Assembly: GCA_044359815.1 (NCBI GenBank)
Contig: JBIKLL010000074.1
Coordinates: 1 to 13,150, forward strand
Direction: 5' to 3'
Length of the DNA: 13,150 nucleotides
DNA from: Pseudobdellovibrionaceae bacterium
Lineage (GTDB): Bacteria > Bdellovibrionota > Bdellovibrionia > Bdellovibrionales > Bdellovibrionaceae
Shown here: positions 1 through 6,579 of the stretch, piece after piece
Layout of the letters: each line of letters begins with the position of its first letter
How positions within the stretch are numbered: position 1 is the first letter of the stretch
The notes under the pieces: generated by a model
Seen by the model: the letters and a program-made list of their open reading frames with translations, nothing else
Told to the model about the DNA's origin: nothing
The model's database searches: none
Position numbers and translations under genes: made by a program

Positions 1-300
1 CGTAAATGCAAAGATAATTTTTTTCACTATTTTTAGACACTCGCTAACGGCCGCGGGCTCATCTCTCGTATTGAGTCATTTAGATTAGTCAGTTTTTCGA
101 TTAATTACTTAATTATCATAAAACAGACTAATCTAAATGACTCAACACCAGATATGCCCCGCACGCTCGCTGCATGTGTCTAAAAACAGTAAAAACAAAT
201 TACCTTTGCATTTATGCAATACGAGAGATGAGCTTGCGGCCGTTAGCGGGTATTCACAAGATGTAAATCATAGACATATTTTTAAAATTTAAAATTACCG
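1..300. repeat. Nested palindromic repeat element, copy 1 (left part cut off by window start)
   Basis: 1-81 aligns to 1610-1690 and ~135-300 aligns to ~1718-1885 with few differences. Internal inverted repeats are 1-40/176-216 (stem B), 43-73/217-247 (X/X', 29/31) and a 75-nt central hairpin at 71-145. Confidence 0.95.
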
Positions 301-345
301 AAGCCTGATATGGCAGCTTCTAGGTTATTGGAAATTTTTTTGATG

Positions 346-376
346 AAAAGCCTCTCAGATTGGGCTGAGGGGCTTT
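346..376 (-). terminator. Intrinsic terminator of the 390-749 gene
   Basis: Minus strand reads AAAGCCCCTCAG-cccaat-CTGAGAGGCTTTT: a 12-bp stem with one mismatch ending in a short T run, 13 nt after the stop codon. Confidence 0.7.
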
Positions 377-389
377 GGTATGGGCGCGG

Positions 390-749
390 TTAGTTGGAAG
401 CTTTTTTCTTGGCGGCTTTTTTCTGGGCCTTTTTGGCTTTCTTGACTGCCTTTTTTTCCTTTTTCTTCATTAAATTGCTCAGGCATTTGTTTGCGTTTTT
501 CTTGCCCTTACATTTTTTAACCATTGCCTGACATTTATCCGCACTGTGCTGGGCTGTACATTTGTCCATCATAGGATCAGCCGCTGGTGCAGGCGCGGCC
601 TCGACAACCGGTGGAGCAATCGGAGGTTCGGCAGTTGTTGCTGCAGATGGAGCGCCTGTGTCCAATGGCGGTGGTGGTTCGACTTCGTCCTGTGCAAACG
701 CGATCACGGATACCAAACTACAAATTACAATCAGCATTAGGGCTTTCAT
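390..749 (-). CDS. Small exported hypothetical protein: signal peptide, Pro/Ala-rich linker, C-x8-C-x6-C-x8-C module, Lys/Ala-rich basic tail
   Basis: ATG preceded by GGAGG. MKALMLIVICSLVSVIAFA|QD is a typical Sec signal peptide. A terminator follows the gene. Confidence 0.85.
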   Translation of the reverse strand: MKALMLIVICSLVSVIAFAQDEVEPPPPLDTGAPSAATTAEPPIAPPVVEAAPAPAADPMMDKCTAQHSADKCQAMVKKCKGKKNANKCLSNLMKKKEKKAVKKAKKAQKKAAKKKASN

Positions 750-837
750 TCATCCTCCACCAGATATTAAAATAATCCATAGTTAGTTTAAGAGACATTT
801 TTATTAAAAACCAATTAATTTTTTTAGGGGGAATTTT

Positions 838-1485
838 ATGAGAAATTTAATAGCAATCAGCACTGCTGTGATTTTTATAACAACAGGATGTGCTACATCG
901 GATAACAAAAACACAATGAAGGGTGCTGGTATCGGAGCTGCCGCCGGAGCGTTGGTGGGCGGAGTCCTGGGGCATCAAAGCGGTAAAAGAAACGAAGGCG
1001 CATTGATTGGGGCAGCTATTGGTGCAGCCATTGGTGGTAACGCAGGTCACAGAATGGACAAGCAGGCTAAGGAATTGGAGCGCATTGCTGAAACCAAAAG
1101 AACCGAACAGGGTTTGGTTACAAAATTAAAAAGCGATATTTTGTTTGATACCGGTAAGGCTGACCTAAAGCCTGCAGCTAAAAGCAATCTGAAACAAATG
1201 GCTGATATTATGAAAAAGTATCCTGAAAATGTTTTGACGATAAAGGGCTACACAGACAACACAGGATCATTGAAGGTTAATGAAGAGCTGTCGCAAAAGC
1301 GTGCTGAAGCTGTTCGAGGGCAACTGATCGCATCGGGCATGCCCGAGTCTGTGATGGCTTCAAAGGGCATGGGTCCCAGTGAGCCGGTGTCTGACAATTC
1401 ATCCAATGAAGGCCGCAGCAAAAATCGCCGTGTCGAAATCGAAGTCACCGTCGATCCATCCAAGGTCCCACCCGAGAAAAAATAA
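838..1485 (+). CDS. OmpA-family (YiaD-like) lipoprotein with glycine zipper and C-terminal OmpA-like peptidoglycan-binding domain
   Basis: Lipobox ITTGC and glycine-zipper repeats (GAGIGAAAGALVGG, GALIGAAIGAAIGG). OmpA C-terminal motifs ILFDTGKA, GYTDNTG, NEELSQKRAEAV and NRRVEI. G-rich RBS upstream. Confidence 0.95.
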   Translation: MRNLIAISTAVIFITTGCATSDNKNTMKGAGIGAAAGALVGGVLGHQSGKRNEGALIGAAIGAAIGGNAGHRMDKQAKELERIAETKRTEQGLVTKLKSDILFDTGKADLKPAAKSNLKQMADIMKKYPENVLTIKGYTDNTGSLKVNEELSQKRAEAVRGQLIASGMPESVMASKGMGPSEPVSDNSSNEGRSKNRRVEIEVTVDPSKVPPEKK

Positions 1486-1511
1486 ATCTGATTTGCGCGC
1501 TCCCTCATCTA

Positions 1512-1885
1512 CGGTAATTTTAAATCTTAAAAAATATTTCTATGATTTTATACCTTGAGAATACATTTGCGAGCGCGACGTTTAATTTTTCGCCGCATAT
1601 CTCGTGATGCGTAAATGCAAAGGTAATTTTTTTCACTATTTTTAGACACTCGCTAACGGCCGCGGGCTCATCTCTCGTATTGAATCATTTTATAAAAGCA
1701 ATTTTTTTGCTTTTATAAAATGACTCAACACCAGATATGCCCCGCACGCTCGCTGCATGTGTCTAAAAACAGTAAAAACAAATTATCTTTGCATTTATGC
1801 AATACGAGAGATGAGCTTGCTGCCGTTAGCAAGTATTCTTAAGGTATAAAATCATAGAAATATTTTTTAAGATTTAAAATTAACG
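1512..1885. repeat. Nested palindromic repeat element, copy 2 (complete; MITE/REPIN-like, non-coding)
   Basis: Stem A is a 53-bp terminal inverted repeat, 1512-1564/1833-1885, with 2 mismatches. Stem B is 1608-1649/1759-1801 and stem C is 1680-1701/1707-1728. Degenerate pairing extends out to about 1488/1907. The element fills the gap between two convergent genes. Confidence 0.95.
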
Positions 1886-1903
1886 AATACGAGAGGGGGC
1901 AGA

Positions 1904-3103
1904 TCAGCTGGCTTTTTTCTTGGTGAAGGCCGCCAGGAAAGTTTCGATAGGCTGAGGCTTTCCATATAGATAGCCCTGACCATACTGACATTGCATGTCC
2001 TTTAAGGCCTTGGCCTGAGACTTTTCTTCGATGCCTTCGGCGATCACCGCCAGGCCCAGGTCCTTGGCTATGTTGGCAATGGATCTGCACAAGATCATGG
2101 ATTTTTCGTCGACCATCATTTTTTTAACAAAGCTTCTGTCGATTTTTATAAAATTAAATTGCAGCTCAGACAGGTAACTAAGTGATGAATAACCAGTTCC
2201 AAAATCATCCAGGGTGACGTGAAAACCCAGTTCGTGAAGTTTCTTGATGCAATTGATTGCAAAGGCGCCATTCAACAATACGCCCTCGGTGATTTCCAGC
2301 CGCAGGTCTTTTCTGTCGATTTTTTGTTCTTTGACAGCAGATTCCAGATCGTTGAAAAAATTAGGATCCTGAAACTGCCTGCCAGAAATATTGATGCCCA
2401 CGTAGAATTTTTTCCCGTAGATTTTTTGAAAGGCCTTCAGGTCTTTGCTGGCTTGATTGATCACCCATCTGCCAATAGGAACAATCATCGAAGTTTCTTC
2501 AGCAATACCCATAAAAATATCTGGTGAAACCAATCCGCGACTGTGGCTTTGCCATCGGATCAAGGCCTCGACACCAATCAGTGCTTGGGTTTTTAAATCA
2601 ACTATGGGTTGGTAAAACAACACAAAATGATTTTTTTCCAGAGCTTCCAGCAGCTCGCTTTCAAACTTAATTTTCTCCATCACGATTTTTGGATCTGCAG
2701 GGGAGACCGGTTTGTTAAATGATTGCACCATATCCAAACCAAAATTATTTTGGCTGATGGATTCATTGTTAGATCTGATGCGCTTTAATAAAATCATCAG
2801 CAGCAATCGGACAATCGAGTCGGCTTTTTCAACACGCTCTTGCACTTGGCTTTGAAACACCACAGTCAACACACAATCTGTAAAGGCCCGGGCTGTGGCA
2901 GATCTGCGTCTGCCGTCGATGATTGCCATTTCACCAAAAATTTCACCTTCTGCAAATATACTCAAGGGTGTTTCTACGCCTTGAGCTTCTACAAAAATTT
3001 CCACCTGACCCTTGTCAATGATGTAAGCGCAATCTGCATTATCACCTTGATTAAAGATTGTTTGTCCGGCTTTGAATTTTGTCTTTTTAGTAAAGGCGCT
3101 CAT
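1904..3103 (-). CDS. cNMP-binding domain + EAL domain c-di-GMP phosphodiesterase (Bd1971-like architecture)
   Basis: N-terminal cNMP motif FGEMAIIDGRRRSATARA. EAL motifs YQPIVD, EALIRW, INIS, LEITE, DDFGTGYSS, IKID, AEGIE and QGYLY are all intact. Confidence 0.95.
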   Translation of the reverse strand: MSAFTKKTKFKAGQTIFNQGDNADCAYIIDKGQVEIFVEAQGVETPLSIFAEGEIFGEMAIIDGRRRSATARAFTDCVLTVVFQSQVQERVEKADSIVRLLLMILLKRIRSNNESISQNNFGLDMVQSFNKPVSPADPKIVMEKIKFESELLEALEKNHFVLFYQPIVDLKTQALIGVEALIRWQSHSRGLVSPDIFMGIAEETSMIVPIGRWVINQASKDLKAFQKIYGKKFYVGINISGRQFQDPNFFNDLESAVKEQKIDRKDLRLEITEGVLLNGAFAINCIKKLHELGFHVTLDDFGTGYSSLSYLSELQFNFIKIDRSFVKKMMVDEKSMILCRSIANIAKDLGLAVIAEGIEEKSQAKALKDMQCQYGQGYLYGKPQPIETFLAAFTKKKAS

Positions 3104-3111
3104 TCAATAAC

Positions 3112-3138
3112 TCATCGGAAAATTCTGTGAATCTATTA
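3112..3138 (-). promoter_or_regulatory. Putative sigma-28 (FliA) promoter of the cNMP-EAL gene
   Basis: Minus strand TAAT-N15-TCCGATGA versus consensus TAAA-N15-GCCGATAA. It ends 8 nt before the ATG. Confidence 0.5.
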
Positions 3139-3236
3139 ACCTACAGTCTAAGGTCTGCTGGCTCGGTTTGACCAAAGAATGGTGTGGTCGAAAGCTCAAA
3201 AAAATAACAGCGCAGAAAGGATTTGCAGGCTGTTAA

Positions 3237-3265
3237 TTGAAATTGACGCGTCCAAAAATTAGAAT
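3237..3265 (+). promoter_or_regulatory. Putative sigma-70 promoter of the XRE gene
   Basis: TTGAAA (3237-3242), a 17-nt spacer, then TAGAAT (3260-3265), 64 nt upstream of the ATG. Confidence 0.5.
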
Positions 3266-3329
3266 CTGTTTGAACAAAGCAAGTAAACAAAATTTACTCT
3301 ACTGGACTTTTAGCGGAAAGGCTTAATGC

Positions 3330-3608
3330 ATGTCTAAAAAATTTTTGTATATGGGTAATTTGCTAAGACAAAGCAGAATTGACAACCGCTTCACTCAAGA
3401 TTCGCTGGCCGAACAGTTTGGGTTCGGCGCTCAGTTGGTTTCCAATTGGGAACGGGGAGTGTGCTCGCCACCCGGAGACATTTTCTACAGTCTGATTAAG
3501 ATTTTAAAAATAAATAAAGAACAACTCGTCAACGTCATGGTCGAAGACGCCAGGGATCGCATCGAGCAAAAAATTGATTCTTTAATGAAAACCAAAAAAC
3601 GAGCCTGA
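3330..3608 (+). CDS. XRE/Cro-CI family helix-turn-helix transcriptional regulator
   Basis: LRQSR..FTQDSLAEQFGFGAQLVSNWERGVCSPP matches the HTH_3 pattern. Confidence 0.9.
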   Translation: MSKKFLYMGNLLRQSRIDNRFTQDSLAEQFGFGAQLVSNWERGVCSPPGDIFYSLIKILKINKEQLVNVMVEDARDRIEQKIDSLMKTKKRA

Positions 3609-6413
3609 GTTTTTTATTTTCTGAACAGCCGCATGATAAGCCAGTTTCAGTGCAATACCGGTGTGACCGTTGAGGCTGGCAATTTGGTAGGCCGAAAGAC
3701 CCTTGTTGGTTTTTAGTGACAGATTTATCCCAGGATTATTTAGTAATAAATTAACCGTTTCCCTTTGTCCTTTTTGTGAAGCCAAAATCAAAGCGGTCCT
3801 GCCGTATCTGTCTTGGGCATTGATGCTTAAGGTTTTGGATTCTAAAAGTGTTTTAATCGCATCCATTGAATTTCGTTCGATCGCTGCCATCAAAGCATTA
3901 TACCGTTTAATTCGATTGCTTAGATTAATATCTGTTCTTTTGTCAGCCAGCAGTCTTTTGATGATTTCTGATTTATCACTTTTTGCAGCTTTGATCAGTG
4001 ATGTGTCTCCCCATTTATCTGCAGCATTAGGATCAGTGGCCTGGTGGTTCAGCAACATATCTGTTGTCTGCAAAAAACCTTCATGGGCGGCAATCATCAA
4101 TCCAGTGTTTCGCTTGCTGTCCCAATGACTGACGTTGATCTGTGGATGACTCAGCAAGATTTTTACAACAGGGACATTGTCCAATCGTATGGCGTCCAAC
4201 AAGGCGCTAGTGGCAGATTCATTTTTAGCATTCACGTCTAATTCTGGATGCGACAGTAATGTTGCTACGATTTCAGCAGACCGATTGACCGAACACATCA
4301 GGGCCGTGATCCCAAAAGTATTTTTTTGATTCACACTAATATTGGGATAGCTTAACAAAAATTTTATCATTGGGACCGAGCTCTGTTCAGCAGCCAGCAT
4401 CAGTGGGGTTTTGTTGTGAAAGCTTTCGTTGATTTCAATCAGCTTCATATCCAGTAAAGCTTTTGCCACCGTGATGTTATTATATTTTAGGGCAGTTATA
4501 ATCAGGTTTCTAATTTTGTGATGCAGTTCAAGCTTTCTTTTGTCGGCAGATTTATTAAGTTGTTTTAGTTCTGAAACAATCTGCGTTTTCTCAACTGCCG
4601 AAAAATTTTCGCCTTCCAAAGCTAAAATCAAATCTTCATTTTGACTTAGCAGCAGTGATTCAAACAGGGCTTGCTTACGGACTTTTAAGCTCAGATTTTT
4701 ATCCCTGACAATCATATCCAGATTATTGATAAATTCATTAAAGATCTGCGCATTGTTCAAAGCCTTTATGGTTTCACCACCAGCTATGTATTTTAAAATA
4801 TCTCGGTCTTGGTTTGAATTTTTCAGTGTCAGCAGTTCCTGAACCAAGCTTCTGGCATCAGTTTCTGGGTTTGCCCATTTGGGTTGGTAATCAAAGCCTG
4901 GATGGATTTCTACATCTGTGCTTTTGCTCAAAGGTTCAAACAAAACCAATAGGGGCTTTAGATAAGCCCTGGAATACATATTTTCAAAATAGTACTGATG
5001 GGGGTGGGGTTCAAATCCAACTAGGGGTTCAGAATTTATTTTTTTAATCACTTCTGATTCAACATACTGTCTGGTTGAATCCATATTTGAAAGCCCATTG
5101 TGATCCCCAACGTCCTTAGGTAAGGCCAATCTGTAGCCTTTTTCAGAAACCGACAAACTGATGGCTTGCAAAAAGTCCTTAATCAATCTGTTTGGGATAT
5201 TTTGAATCTTATCGACAAAGGCGATTTTATAAATGGATCCCGCTTTGTCTTTTGCAGATCCTAACACCACTGTGGCTTGCCCGGTGGATTGGTTTTCAGA
5301 ATTAGTCATCGTAAAATAATTAAAATTGGGATCAAGAGCCTTTTTAAAATAGGTCCGGCTTGAGCAATCAGATCCACCCAAACATGATCGAAACGGGGCT
5401 TCCTGAATCGACAATGAGCGCACACGGATTTTTTGAACAGGCAGCACCTTGGTGTGACCATTTAAAATTTCTTGTTCGATTTCAAAAATTTGTTTTGATT
5501 CATCAATTGTCTTTCCTAAAAACGAAGGGGCCTCGATATTTAGGATTTCCAGCATTGATTTAAAATGCCCGGTAAATCCCAATTCCATGGCCATGCTGTC
5601 ACGTTCAGACAAAATTTTATAAAGGCCTTCGATTCTTTCGATGGCATTTTTGCTTTTAAGCAATTCTTGAGTGGCCTTGTTGTTAAATCCCGTAGTGGCG
5701 ATCAGATCAACGATGGCCTGACGCAAAAACTGGGTATTCCTGCCGTTTTTAGTTTGCTGTTTCAGCAATTGGTTGAACACGGCATACAGGGTTTTGATTT
5801 TAAGTCTGTAATCAATCATGTCGTCTTTGAGCAGCTCTCGGTTTTTGTATGAAATCAATCGATTGAAATACCTGTAAAATTTCAGATAAAAATTGTCTTG
5901 GATCTGGATTTTTTCGATTTTTGAAATTCCTGGGGGATAAACTGGATCCGAAAATCCAAAAAGCTTTTTCCAAAATCCAATGTTGGCATCGATAATAAAT
6001 AAATTGGATCTGATTTTACCAGCGTTGGCATTGAGCGATCGTAATAAACGATCCAAGGATTCAGGCGAATCATAAATTTTTTGAACCAACACGATTTCGT
6101 ATTCTCGAAAATGCGGTTTCTTCAGTTCGGGATGATCGCGCAGCACTGCGTGCACGTCGGCTAAACTGTTTTCTAAAAAAGTCAGCGTGTAGTCGCCAAA
6201 ATAAATTCGTTTATAGAACTCAAACAGGTCTTCTTGGTGGGGATGTAACAACAAGCCCTCGGTCATCGCCTGCGAAAAGGCCTTAAGCTCAGAAGGTGGC
6301 TTTGCACCAGCAGGATTAAAGCTTTCCTGGCACAACAGATCCTGTTGTGAGGTGGCCACCGCTAGGGGAGCTAAAGCTAAAATAAGCAGGCTCAATACAA
6401 CCGGTTTAATCAT
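3582..6413 (-). CDS. Exported 943-aa protein with an unassigned N-terminal region and about 9 C-terminal ankyrin repeats
   Basis: Signal peptide MIKPVVLSLLILALAPLAVA with GGAG upstream. Repeats of 33-35 aa (TPLMLAA, TALMCS, SALLDA, TGLMIAA, TSLIKAA, NALMAA, TALILAS, SAYQIAS) are encoded at about 3630-4508. Confidence 0.9.
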   Translation of the reverse strand: MIKPVVLSLLILALAPLAVATSQQDLLCQESFNPAGAKPPSELKAFSQAMTEGLLLHPHQEDLFEFYKRIYFGDYTLTFLENSLADVHAVLRDHPELKKPHFREYEIVLVQKIYDSPESLDRLLRSLNANAGKIRSNLFIIDANIGFWKKLFGFSDPVYPPGISKIEKIQIQDNFYLKFYRYFNRLISYKNRELLKDDMIDYRLKIKTLYAVFNQLLKQQTKNGRNTQFLRQAIVDLIATTGFNNKATQELLKSKNAIERIEGLYKILSERDSMAMELGFTGHFKSMLEILNIEAPSFLGKTIDESKQIFEIEQEILNGHTKVLPVQKIRVRSLSIQEAPFRSCLGGSDCSSRTYFKKALDPNFNYFTMTNSENQSTGQATVVLGSAKDKAGSIYKIAFVDKIQNIPNRLIKDFLQAISLSVSEKGYRLALPKDVGDHNGLSNMDSTRQYVESEVIKKINSEPLVGFEPHPHQYYFENMYSRAYLKPLLVLFEPLSKSTDVEIHPGFDYQPKWANPETDARSLVQELLTLKNSNQDRDILKYIAGGETIKALNNAQIFNEFINNLDMIVRDKNLSLKVRKQALFESLLLSQNEDLILALEGENFSAVEKTQIVSELKQLNKSADKRKLELHHKIRNLIITALKYNNITVAKALLDMKLIEINESFHNKTPLMLAAEQSSVPMIKFLLSYPNISVNQKNTFGITALMCSVNRSAEIVATLLSHPELDVNAKNESATSALLDAIRLDNVPVVKILLSHPQINVSHWDSKRNTGLMIAAHEGFLQTTDMLLNHQATDPNAADKWGDTSLIKAAKSDKSEIIKRLLADKRTDINLSNRIKRYNALMAAIERNSMDAIKTLLESKTLSINAQDRYGRTALILASQKGQRETVNLLLNNPGINLSLKTNKGLSAYQIASLNGHTGIALKLAYHAAVQKIKNSGSFFGFH

Positions 6414-6579
6414 TGGCTCCCTATGCCTAAGTTGTTGAAACTACAGAGGCAAATATATGCATTAAAAGGGCTGCAAAATTGCCCTACAGGTGAAAAATAG
6501 CTGAACAACCAAAGGCATTTTGGTGGTTCAGGCATGCAATCACACCCGTCATATCTGGGATATGAAATTTCTGTGCCCA

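Noticed and set aside
42..248. Integron attC site (GCTAAC...GTTAGC inverted ends)
   Set aside because: The ends do not fit RYYYAAC/GTTRRRY. The span (about 205 bp in copy 1, about 180 bp in copy 2) exceeds typical attC size, the enclosed genes are divergent, and no integrase is in the window.
1800..1830. Hammerhead or hairpin ribozyme in a viroid-like rod (GAGATGAG resembles CUGAUGA)
   Set aside because: The CUGANGA/GAAA core and the hairpin-ribozyme loop consensus could not be found on either strand of the element. An Infernal search would settle it.
1..1885. CRISPR array
   Set aside because: There are only two long copies 1.6 kb apart, with no regular repeat-spacer periodicity and no cas genes.
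1839..2090. 83-aa minus-strand ORF running into the repeat element
   Set aside because: It is an alternative frame of the EAL gene end plus repeat sequence, with no RBS or recognisable motifs.
6464..6485. Terminator downstream of the methyltransferase gene (AGGGC-N9-GCCCT-TTT, minus strand)
   Set aside because: A 5-bp stem with a long loop is too weak to call.
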